Positions 9,743 to 17,858 are shown, counted from the first letter of the stretch. The stretch: DNA of 64,000 nt from an uncultured Candidatus Cloacimonadota bacterium (GCA_964490765.1 CAZBDV010000007.1:8065-72064); one strand, 5' to 3'. The notes: generated by a model from the sequence alone, not told the origin. A program made the numbers and translations.

Positions 9743-11287
9743 TTACGATGAAGCATACTGCATAAGATCCTTCAGCAGTTTAGCCCTGTTTGCTGCCTCC
9801 ATGGCAATCTCAACCGCAATCTGCCCTGTTTTGATATATCCTAACAGGTCCTGTTCCATGGTCTGCAAACCGATCTTTCTGTTTCTCTGCATGATCGGAT
9901 AGAGCTCTTCGATGTTACCTGAGTATATTATCTGTGAGATCTGCTCGTTTGCTACCAGTATCTCTTTTACTGATACCATTTTTTCATTTGTTGTCGGTAG
10001 TAACTGAACGCAGATAACAGCAGCCAGAGTTCTGGCCAGATGTCTTCTGATCAGATCTCTCGAATCGGCAGGGTAGAGTGCCAGAAGTTTATAGATCACG
10101 TCGGTAACGCTCTTGTTTTTCATGGTAGCAAAGACCAGGCTACCAGTATCTACCAGTTTCAGAGCTCCGTCGAGTAATTCAGGACTCGTAATATCTTCGA
10201 TGACTACCATATTAGGATGATAATCAAGACATCGATCGAGTGCGTCGGTTACGGAGTTAACATCACGATAGACTTTCTGGTATCTGATAACACTGTTCTT
10301 TGACTCGTGGTAATACTCCAGTGAATCATTGATAAGAAAGATACTTCCGGAGTAGTGTGTATTATTGTGATTAACAATAGCGTCAATCAAACTGCTCTTA
10401 CCAGAACCGGGAGGGCCGGCAATGATAACCAACCCCTCGTTTTCATTTTTGAAGGAGAGACGGTTGAGCACCAGATTGCTGAATTTCATCTCTTCCAGGC
10501 TAATCAGGCTTCTTCTGGTCGTCTTGACCCCGATCACGAGTTCGTCCATATCGAAATAGATAGTCAGACGGTATCTGTAGGTAACATCACTGACAGTAAA
10601 CTCGAAATTTGCCTTTATAGACTTCTGGTCAACCAGAGTTTCAAGTTGTGAGTTACTGAGGATACTGAGGATCATGATATTGATTTCGTCCTGTGAGAAA
10701 AAACCGTCAATCGGCATCGGTTTGAAGGCTGAGTAGAACTTGCCCCAGATCTTTCCCTGAGAACCGGCTCCACCGATCTCTATGTAGCTCGGTTTCATCT
10801 CTTCCATGGTAATCAAGAATTCCTGGAATTTACGAAATACCCTTTCCCGAAGTTCGACATTGGTATTCAGTTTCTGCTTCATCCTCAGCAGCTTTTCAGC
10901 AGTTGTCGATTGAAAGAGCTTCCTTCTCTCCAGTAAACCTAACTCTACTATCGAACGGAATTCGGCCATCTTTACCGGCTTGGTCAGAAACCGAAAAGCT
11001 CCATACTCCAGAGCCTGTTTCGTATATTCCATCTTGTCGTAACCGGTGATAATGACGACTACTGCATCCGGGTCAAATGTTTTTAATATTTTCAAAAACT
11101 CGATCCCGTTCATCTCCGGCATGAAAACGTCGGTTATATAGAGATCGAATATCTCACTACTAACCAGATTAAAAGCTTCCTGGCCGTTTTCAGCCTCATG
11201 GATCTCATAATCGTCTTCTTCCAGAAAGCTCTTGAACAGATCTCTGGTTTCTTTCTCATCATCAATAATCAGGATTCTCGGTTTCAT
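9743..11287 (-). CDS. receiver-domain / PilT-PilU-like ATPase fusion with degenerate catalytic motifs
   Basis: N-terminal REC (IIDDE, D-VFMP, KP); Walker A GPPGSGKS; C-terminal MQTMEQDL-like PilT tail; Asp box, Walker B and His box altered. Confidence 0.8.
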   Translation of the reverse strand: MKPRILIIDDEKETRDLFKSFLEEDDYEIHEAENGQEAFNLVSSEIFDLYITDVFMPEMNGIEFLKILKTFDPDAVVVIITGYDKMEYTKQALEYGAFRFLTKPVKMAEFRSIVELGLLERRKLFQSTTAEKLLRMKQKLNTNVELRERVFRKFQEFLITMEEMKPSYIEIGGAGSQGKIWGKFYSAFKPMPIDGFFSQDEINIMILSILSNSQLETLVDQKSIKANFEFTVSDVTYRYRLTIYFDMDELVIGVKTTRRSLISLEEMKFSNLVLNRLSFKNENEGLVIIAGPPGSGKSSLIDAIVNHNNTHYSGSIFLINDSLEYYHESKNSVIRYQKVYRDVNSVTDALDRCLDYHPNMVVIEDITSPELLDGALKLVDTGSLVFATMKNKSVTDVIYKLLALYPADSRDLIRRHLARTLAAVICVQLLPTTNEKMVSVKEILVANEQISQIIYSGNIEELYPIMQRNRKIGLQTMEQDLLGYIKTGQIAVEIAMEAANRAKLLKDLMQYASS

Positions 11288-11396
11288 CTTAGCCTCTTTA
11301 TGTAAATTGATCTCTTGATTGTTTCCACCAAACAGGCAGCAACGCTGAGAAATTTAGGTCCTGAAAAGAACTATCCGTTCTCGCCTGTCTTCCTCT

Positions 11397-13181
11397 TTAG
11401 GAAATTGTTGTTGTATAGATAACTTCCTCAACTGACGTTAATCCCTGACGAACAAGCTCCATTCCGGCTTCCCGGAGTGATAACATCCCCTGTCCTTTGG
11501 CAATGTCACGGATCAAATCTTCATTGATATCAGTCTTGGCACTCACTATCGCCTGACGGATTTCCTTGGTGAAGAGGATTACCTCGTGAATGGCAGCACG
11601 GCCGCTGTAACCTGTAGTCCGGCATTTTTCACAACCGACAGCTTCGAAAATCTTGCCTGACTTGATCTCTTCTTCTTTGATCCCGTTCCTGATCAGATAC
11701 TCGTGTTTGTCACTGGAAACGACTCTCTTACACTCACTGCAGAGCTTTCTGACCAGACGCTGAGCTACAACGATATTAATCGCATAGGCAAGGAGGAAGG
11801 TCTCGATATCCATCTTATAAAGACGTGAAATAGCACTCGGTGCATCGTTAGTATGCAGGGTCGAGAAGGTCAGGTGGCCGGTATTAGCCAGCTTTATCGC
11901 TACTTCGGCTGTTTCCCTGTCGCGCATCTCACCCACCATGACGATATCGGGGTCGTGGCGGAGTATAGACCTAATCGCCTGGTTGAAGTCAAGCTTGTGC
12001 CCTATCTTGAGCTGTCTCGCTCCGTTAATGACATATTCCACCGGATCCTCTACCGTCAGGATGTTCTTCTCAGGTGTGATCACATGATAGAGAGCTGCGA
12101 GCAGAGTCGTGCTCTTACCACTACCGGTCGGGCCTGTAACGATAACCAATCCCTGTGGCTTTGTAACTGCCTCTTCGAAGTCCTTACGCGCTTTTGGCAG
12201 GAAGCCGAGTTTATCGATATTATCGATAACATTTCTATCGTCGAGGATTCGGATAACGATACTCTCATAGTGGCGGTTATGTTCTTTGGAAACGAGTGGC
12301 AGAATAGAGACCCTGAAACGGATCGTATGTCCCTCTATCTCTCTCTGAATAAAGCCGTCCTGTGCTTCGTCAACCTTGAAACGGTCCACGTTACTGGAAC
12401 GATCCTTTACAACAGAGAGAAAAGCCTGGGGATTGATCCCCTCTCGCCGTTTCCATAGTTGCAGCCTCCCGTCCCGCCTGAATCTGATATCGACACTCGT
12501 ATTGTTAAAGGGTATGACATGAATATCACTTACCTGCGATTTAACACCCTCGATGAGTGCAGCTTCGAAGAGATAGACAAGAGCTCCTTTATTGCTCTCC
12601 TGTTCGATCAGTTCTTCCTTGTCCTCTTCGTAAGCCTGATCAGCATCCTGAATCTCGCTTTCCGACTCATCAAGCATCTCCTGAAGTTTGTCATCCTCTT
12701 CCGTCTGAGCTATATGACGGATGAGCGCATCGATCTTATCGAACGGACAGTAGAAGAGTTCATATCGCTTGTACTTCAGGGTACTGGCCAGGACCTTCGT
12801 AAAACTATCGGTCGGATTGGAAGAGAGTATGATCAGTGATTCGTTCTTCTTCCGCTGAACTTTGTAGGGTATGATCCGTTTTCTGTAAACCTCTTCCTTA
12901 ACCTCCTTGGGAAGGCTTTTCAGCAGGCTGATTACCTCTTCGACATCTTTCGAACAAAGGTCATCTATATTGATCGCTATCTTGGGGATAGCATACATCT
13001 TGGCTATCTCAGTATATACAGCATCACGATCCACGTGATATTCGTCTATTAGTATCTCATCTACTCTCGCTTTATTGCCAAGAACATTAGTCTTGGTGAT
13101 TACAGCATTGTAGATATCCTCACTGATGACATTCTTTAATCTTAACAGCTTAGCCAGTAATTGATCATTATTCATATGCAA
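11397..13181 (-). CDS. pilB: type IV pilus / T2SS assembly ATPase (PilB/GspE); ATG at 13175 likely
   Basis: SDIH, GPTGSGKST, VEDPVEY, LRHDPDIVMVGEMRD, TGHLTFSTLHTND, CxxC..CxxC Zn motif. Confidence 0.93.
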   Translation of the reverse strand: MHMNNDQLLAKLLRLKNVISEDIYNAVITKTNVLGNKARVDEILIDEYHVDRDAVYTEIAKMYAIPKIAINIDDLCSKDVEEVISLLKSLPKEVKEEVYRKRIIPYKVQRKKNESLIILSSNPTDSFTKVLASTLKYKRYELFYCPFDKIDALIRHIAQTEEDDKLQEMLDESESEIQDADQAYEEDKEELIEQESNKGALVYLFEAALIEGVKSQVSDIHVIPFNNTSVDIRFRRDGRLQLWKRREGINPQAFLSVVKDRSSNVDRFKVDEAQDGFIQREIEGHTIRFRVSILPLVSKEHNRHYESIVIRILDDRNVIDNIDKLGFLPKARKDFEEAVTKPQGLVIVTGPTGSGKSTTLLAALYHVITPEKNILTVEDPVEYVINGARQLKIGHKLDFNQAIRSILRHDPDIVMVGEMRDRETAEVAIKLANTGHLTFSTLHTNDAPSAISRLYKMDIETFLLAYAINIVVAQRLVRKLCSECKRVVSSDKHEYLIRNGIKEEEIKSGKIFEAVGCEKCRTTGYSGRAAIHEVILFTKEIRQAIVSAKTDINEDLIRDIAKGQGMLSLREAGMELVRQGLTSVEEVIYTTTIS

Positions 13182-13190
13182 CTCTTCTCT

Positions 13191-14537
13191 TTATACTGTA
13201 TGGGTTGGCGGCCTGATAAAAGCACTCTCCGAAGAGACGATGATCAGAAATGTCATTACCACCATGATGACCAGAGCAGTAGTAACATCGATCGAATTGA
13301 GAATTGCCCTGAATTTATAACTCGTTTCCTTTTCGTAATACATGGCGATCTGTTCAGCCGATTTCTTGACCGAACCTGTAGCCGAGCCTGCATTCAACCT
13401 CGATATGACAGTCTCGGTAAAGACATCCGCTTCGGCCAGAGCATCAATCAGCCCGGCACCATCCTTCAACATTCTCGGGATCGTGATCTCCTTGACCCGC
13501 TTCTCCATGTATTCATTACCGCACGCTTCAGCCGATAGCTGAATTACTTCCATGTTATTACCCGCTCCGGTATATACAGTCGAAAAGACCCGGAAAAAGA
13601 TCTCGATACTCATCTTGTGGATCAGATTGCCGACCAGAGGAATCTTCAAAATCATCTGATCCCTGAATAACCGCCCTTTCGGTGTGCTCAGCCAGTAGCC
13701 TAAGATCAAAATCGGCAGGAAGAAGGCAAGTGTCATCCACCACCAGTTTACCTGGAGGAAATAACTCACCTCGAGTGTTGCTGCTGTCATTGGCGGTAGC
13801 TCGATATTATGCTCCATAAACATCTCGGTCATTTCAGGAAATAGAACACCGATATAGTAAGCCACGGCAATGATAATCGCGATTATAGTTATGCCCGGCA
13901 TGACGAGCGCCTGGCGGACATTCTTTTTGAATTCGTGCTGACGCTCCAGATACTTGGCTGTATTGTCATAGATCCTGGCCATATTACCCGATTTAGAGGC
14001 CAGGCCGAGCATATAGGAGGTAAAACGGCCAAAGACATCAGAGTATTTCATAAAGACTACAGAGCCGTCCTGCCCCTGCTTCAGATCCCTGGAAATATAC
14101 TTGATCGTTCGCTTCAGGGTCTTGTTCGGCATATCTGTCCCGAGAATCTTCAAGATCTCGTCATAACGCATATTCTCCTTCAACATCTCCGAGGCCAGGG
14201 AAATGAACATCACAATATCCGCAAAGGGTGGCTTCGGTTGAAAATCGAGAAGAACCGGCTGGATCTTGATATTAGTCATGTTCAGCCCGGCCAGAACCCG
14301 AAAGAGCTCTTCCTTGGTGTAAGCTTCCTGTTCACCTTTGATCTTGTTGCCGGTTTGAGTCGTGCAGCTGTAGAGAAACATCTTCTTCTTCTCTATCGAA
14401 TCGACCCGAAAATTGTTATCCTTCGCTATTGTCCCGATCTTTTTCCGGGCTGCCGACATATTCTTCGCTGAACAAACCCCCTTGATCTGAACTGCATTAT
14501 CCAACCTTGTTCCCGTATAACGAAACTCTTTTAACAT
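13191..14537 (-). CDS. pilC: inner-membrane platform protein (PilC/GspF)
   Basis: Two GspF repeats, ELPPMT motif, LKIPLVG, three TM segments; adjacent to pilB. Confidence 0.9.
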   Translation of the reverse strand: MLKEFRYTGTRLDNAVQIKGVCSAKNMSAARKKIGTIAKDNNFRVDSIEKKKMFLYSCTTQTGNKIKGEQEAYTKEELFRVLAGLNMTNIKIQPVLLDFQPKPPFADIVMFISLASEMLKENMRYDEILKILGTDMPNKTLKRTIKYISRDLKQGQDGSVVFMKYSDVFGRFTSYMLGLASKSGNMARIYDNTAKYLERQHEFKKNVRQALVMPGITIIAIIIAVAYYIGVLFPEMTEMFMEHNIELPPMTAATLEVSYFLQVNWWWMTLAFFLPILILGYWLSTPKGRLFRDQMILKIPLVGNLIHKMSIEIFFRVFSTVYTGAGNNMEVIQLSAEACGNEYMEKRVKEITIPRMLKDGAGLIDALAEADVFTETVISRLNAGSATGSVKKSAEQIAMYYEKETSYKFRAILNSIDVTTALVIMVVMTFLIIVSSESAFIRPPTHTV

Positions 14538-14616
14538 ATCAGCCTCTCTATTCTCTTTTCTACCATAGCTTCAACGCTCTCCTGGATCCAGTAAAACAGA
14601 CTACGGTAATCATAAA

Positions 14617-14826
14617 TCAATCAAGCCCATTACTATATGTAGCATACATCTTTTCCCAGCTTATGATAGAGTCAATAAAAATCTCAACTTTTTCGCTTTT
14701 AACCTTAGATAATCTGCTGAATTCAGAGTCGATCAAATAGTGCGGAAAGAAGGTTAATTGCCTGCTCTGATGAATGTTCCGGATAGCTTGATACAGACTG
14801 ACACAATTACAAATTTTCCGACTCAC
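14617..14826 (-). CDS. hypothetical 69-aa protein, putative first gene of pilC operon
   Basis: GAGGAG SD 6 nt before GTG; lies ~60 bp downstream of sigma54 promoter at 14885-14900. Confidence 0.45.
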   Translation of the reverse strand: MSRKICNCVSLYQAIRNIHQSRQLTFFPHYLIDSEFSRLSKVKSEKVEIFIDSIISWEKMYATYSNGLD

Positions 14827-14884
14827 GGCAATCTCCTCTTTTGCTTTTTTGACCTGTTTCTATCACAGGCAGATGATTTTGAAG

Positions 14885-14900
14885 TGCAATCTCTGTTCCA
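14885..14900 (-). promoter_or_regulatory. sigma54 -24/-12 promoter of pilC-pilB operon
   Basis: minus strand TGGAACAGAGATTGCA, GG-N10-GC. Confidence 0.75.
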
Positions 14901-15014
14901 AACCATTATTACCTGACTTACCAGGATGAATAGAAAGAAAACCCAAAGTCAACCTGAGCAAAAGGGTGCAGGATCTCTGTATGAGTTAGCCTTCAGACAG
15001 AAAACCTGCTGCCC

Positions 15015-15064
15015 TGACATACCTTAATGACATAAAACCCTCTTTCTGTCACCTTGTCGTGTCA
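15015..15064. promoter_or_regulatory. putative tandem enhancer shared by divergent sigma54 promoters
   Basis: TGACA-N8-TGACA (15015-15032) and TGTCA-N8-TGTCA (15047-15064), 32 bp apart. Confidence 0.65.
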
Positions 15065-15197
15065 TTTTCCCCGCCTGATGACTTACCCTTATCATTACGA
15101 TCCCTTATATACATATTATAGGTGAATCATCTCTTCTGTCAGTCATCTGTTTTTTTTATCCGCTTCAGATCGGCTTACCGGAAAACTCTTCACCGCT

Positions 15198-15214
15198 TTG
15201 GCACGGAGATTGCC
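15198..15214 (+). promoter_or_regulatory. sigma54 promoter of pilin 1
   Basis: TTGGCACGGAGATTGCC matches TGGCACG-N4-TTGC. Confidence 0.9.
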
Positions 15215-15252
15215 TCATTATTGGCCAGAAACAAAATTCTGGAGTGGAGAAC

Positions 15253-15729
15253 ATGGGACAACAACAGATTTTATTGATTATTCTCGGAGTTATTCTTGTA
15301 GGGATAGCAATTACTGTCGGTATCACGATGTTTAATAACCAGGCCCGGCAGGGTAATATCGATGCTATAATCTCCGATTTGAACAATCTTGCAGTTATAG
15401 CTTTTCAGTACAGGATAAGGCCAATATCTCTCCGTGGTGGCGGTGGAAGCTTTCTTGGCGGAGAGCCGGGACGATACATCGATTTCGCTGATTTCTTCTA
15501 CGATCTTCCAGAAGGATTGATAGATAATATGAACGGGAAATATACAATTTTCTCCTGCGCCGAAAATTATGTCATCATCCAGGGTGTCTCCAAAACCCAG
15601 AAAGACCCTGATGGAGTTAACGGCCTTCTGACCCGCTGGATCAGAGTCGATGACATCGGCTCAACAGAACTATACCTTACCGAACCCTCAGATTCAGATC
15701 TTAACCTTACAATACCTACTGGTACCTAA
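15253..15729 (+). CDS. MGQQQ-type pilin-like protein 1
   Basis: MGQQQ + 22-aa hydrophobic helix + conserved IISDLNNL..AFQYRIRP..GGGG; GGAG SD; own promoter and terminator. Confidence 0.75.
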   Translation: MGQQQILLIILGVILVGIAITVGITMFNNQARQGNIDAIISDLNNLAVIAFQYRIRPISLRGGGGSFLGGEPGRYIDFADFFYDLPEGLIDNMNGKYTIFSCAENYVIIQGVSKTQKDPDGVNGLLTRWIRVDDIGSTELYLTEPSDSDLNLTIPTGT

Positions 15730-15731
15730 CC

Positions 15732-15777
15732 AAACCTCAAACCCCTCGAAAACCCCTCAAAACCCCCTCGAAAACCC
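15732..15777 (+). repeat. imperfect short tandem repeat AAA(A)CC(C)CTC(G)
   Basis: aaacctc aaacccctcg aaaacccctc aaaaccccctcg aaaaccc. Confidence 0.6.
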
Positions 15778-15800
15778 ACACCCCCGCGTGTGGGTTTTTT
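15771..15800 (+). terminator. intrinsic terminator after pilin 1
   Basis: AAAACCCACAC-CCCCGC-GTGTGGGTTTT + TT. Confidence 0.85.
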
Positions 15801-15911
15801 CTTTCATAAAAAACCTGAATTTATATATGAGATAAAGATAAGAAATCCTGACTTAACTCTCTTCGTCTGGAATTATTTATCTTTCTAGTCAACAATATAC
15901 GATTATGAACA

Positions 15912-15960
15912 TGACACCTTTCAATGACATAAACAGGTTCAATGTAACCGGCTCATGACA
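15912..15960. promoter_or_regulatory. putative tandem enhancer for pilin 2
   Basis: TGACA-N8-TGACA (15912-15929) and TGTAA-N8-TGACA (15943-15960), 31 bp apart. Confidence 0.65.
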
Positions 15961-16093
15961 GTTCTCCGGTTTGATACATCAATCGCAATATATTTATTTT
16001 CTTAACTATCGACTCCAGACAATACCCTGTTTATCCAAGTTTGCCATCTCTTTTGATGCACAATTATCAATTACTTCTTTTTGTATTATAGCA

Positions 16094-16110
16094 TTGGCAC
16101 GATTATTGCT
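16094..16110 (+). promoter_or_regulatory. sigma54 promoter of pilin 2
   Basis: TTGGCACGATTATTGCT, consensus match. Confidence 0.92.
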
Positions 16111-16146
16111 TAATTATTGTAACCATAAACTTTTGGAGGTAAAAAA

Positions 16147-16626
16147 ATGGGACAACAACAGATTTTGTTAATAGTTTTAAGTGTAATACTGGTCGGCATA
16201 GCAATTGCTGTCGGTATAACTATGTTCAGGGCTCAGGCCAGAAACAGTAATCTTGATGGTATTATTTCTGACCTGAATAATCTTGGTTCTATCGCTTATC
16301 AGTATAAGATCAGACCCGTCAGCATGGGTGGTGGTGGCGGTGAATATGGAGAAAACGATACTACTAGCGCTATAGGTTTTGGAGCTTACTTTGCACAACT
16401 AGATCTTAGCATGCGAAAAACCGACAATGGTTGGTATTTCTTTGATTCTATAGGTTCTGCTATACCTCCTGGTGGTACAACTGAAGATGAAACTGTTGTT
16501 TTACATGGTTGGAACGATACTTACAAACACGGTAGAGAACTCACTATCTATGCTAACGGACAAATGAGAGTAACTGATTCTTTTGACGAAACTGATGATG
16601 GTTCTTTTACTGAACCTACTGAATAG
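16147..16626 (+). CDS. MGQQQ-type pilin-like protein 2
   Basis: MGQQQILLIVLSVILVGIAIAVG...RPVSMGGGGGEY constant region then variable acidic C-terminus; GGAGGT SD. Confidence 0.78.
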   Translation: MGQQQILLIVLSVILVGIAIAVGITMFRAQARNSNLDGIISDLNNLGSIAYQYKIRPVSMGGGGGEYGENDTTSAIGFGAYFAQLDLSMRKTDNGWYFFDSIGSAIPPGGTTEDETVVLHGWNDTYKHGRELTIYANGQMRVTDSFDETDDGSFTEPTE

Positions 16627-16648
16627 TTAATTATCATCAAGTTGTTTT

Positions 16649-16678
16649 AAACCCACACAATATTGTGTGGGTTTTTTT
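16649..16678 (+). terminator. intrinsic terminator after pilin 2
   Basis: AAACCCACACAA-TA-TTGTGTGGGTTT + T tract. Confidence 0.88.
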
Positions 16679-16707
16679 ATTGAGTGAAGTTCTGTCTTGG
16701 CCACGAA

Positions 16708-16757
16708 TGACATGAATCCGTGTCAGATTGTAACGAAGCTGTAATCTAAATATGACA
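16708..16757. promoter_or_regulatory. putative tandem enhancer for pilin 3
   Basis: TGACA-N8-TGTCA (16708-16725) and TGTAA-N8-TGACA (16740-16757), 32 bp apart. Confidence 0.6.
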
Positions 16758-16904
16758 CAAATACTTTGAGAAACATTAATTTTCGTTATTCTTTGCTGTA
16801 TCCCTCAGGAAAGGATTAATTGTTAGAGTATTCATTACTATTGTGGTTAACTATCGGCTTGCTATATCTACTTATAAAATAAACATAGGGTTTGTTATTA
16901 TTGT

Positions 16905-16921
16905 TTGGCACGAGGTTTGCA
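16905..16921 (+). promoter_or_regulatory. sigma54 promoter of pilin 3
   Basis: TTGGCACGAGGTTTGCA, consensus match. Confidence 0.92.
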
Positions 16922-16956
16922 TCTATGTCTGGCAACAATAAATATTGGAGGAAACA

Positions 16957-17400
16957 ATGGGACAACAACAAATCTTGTTAATCGTTTTGAGTGTAATACT
17001 GGTCGGTATCGCAATTGCCGTCGGTATATCAATGTTCAGGGCTCAGGCCAGAAACAGTAACCTGGATGGTATTATTTCTGACCTGAATAATCTTGGTTCT
17101 ATCGCTTATCAGTATAAGATCAGACCCGTCAGCATGGGTGGCGGTGGCGGTGAATATGATAACTTTGACGGAGAAAATGGGTATTTCGCCAATCTTCCCG
17201 ATGAAATGAAAAAGACGGACAATCTAAGTGCAGATGATACGTATCAAGCTCTGGTTACTGGCGAAGGAGCAGCTGCAATTGTATGGATCGGTGGTTACAA
17301 TACAACTTATGAACACGGACGAAGAATACGTGTTGACGCTGATGGTGCAATGCAGGTATTTAGTTGGGACGGTACTGGAAACTTAGACGGAACTGAATAG
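16957..17400 (+). CDS. MGQQQ-type pilin-like protein 3
   Basis: First ~65 aa almost identical to pilin 2; GGAGG SD. Confidence 0.78.
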   Translation: MGQQQILLIVLSVILVGIAIAVGISMFRAQARNSNLDGIISDLNNLGSIAYQYKIRPVSMGGGGGEYDNFDGENGYFANLPDEMKKTDNLSADDTYQALVTGEGAAAIVWIGGYNTTYEHGRRIRVDADGAMQVFSWDGTGNLDGTE

Positions 17401-17431
17401 TTGTTAATAAACAACCTAGTAAGCTAGTTTC

Positions 17432-17461
17432 AAACCCACACAGCAATGTGTGGTTTTTTTT
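17432..17461 (+). terminator. intrinsic terminator after pilin 3
   Basis: AAACCCACACA-GCAA-TGTGTGGTTTT + T tract. Confidence 0.85.
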
Positions 17462-17572
17462 CTGTATATTCACAGTGATCGAATACTTATTCTTATATCT
17501 TACTTTCAAAGCGAGGAGAAAAGCCTAAAACGTCGCTGGATAAGGGACCTGATTTGTTCTATTCCTGTTCAA

Positions 17573-17611
17573 CCTCTGGGGACTCCGGTAGTCGGCTCCA
17601 TCCGACTCCTG
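17573..17611. repeat. dispersed palindromic (REP-like) element, copy 1
   Basis: 30/39 nt identical to 57997-58035; contains AGTCGG-CTCCAT-CCGACT hairpin. Confidence 0.45.
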
Positions 17612-17781
17612 AGGTTCTCAGTAATATAAGGTAGAAAACAGAGATGGATGAATTCGGTAATTGGTGAGATCTGTCAAATGACTCGATAGTCGATAACCAG
17701 TCCTGACAGATTCAATTGAGCAAAAGGTATAATCTGCATAGATCTTAATAATAGAGGAAGTAATCAGTTCCAGTTCAACAA

Positions 17782-17798
17782 TTGGCAAGGATATTGCA
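17782..17798 (+). promoter_or_regulatory. sigma54 promoter of second PilX-like gene
   Basis: TTGGCAAGGATATTGCA, GG-N10-GC. Confidence 0.85.
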
Positions 17799-17858
17799 TC
17801 ATATGGAGAATAAAGAGAATCGAAACAGAGGTCAGAACAGGAAACCCGGGAGGAGATA

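Noticed and set aside
11853..12839. Long antisense ORFs inside pilB (and similar ones inside other genes)
   Set aside because: Opposite-strand shadows of well-supported CDSs with no independent motifs
15732..15777. CRISPR-like repeat
   Set aside because: Units are 7-12 bp with no spacers and there are no cas genes
16147..16626. Electrically conductive pilin idea (16 F/W/Y in 159 aa, about 10%)
   Set aside because: Aromatics are mostly in the variable domain, not at Geobacter-type N-terminal positions, and aromatic content alone is a contested predictor
15253..17461. Pilin repeats as DGR, shufflon or integron cassettes
   Set aside because: No reverse transcriptase, recombinase or integrase, no adenine-specific TR/VR pair and no attC-like sites; the hairpins are ordinary terminators
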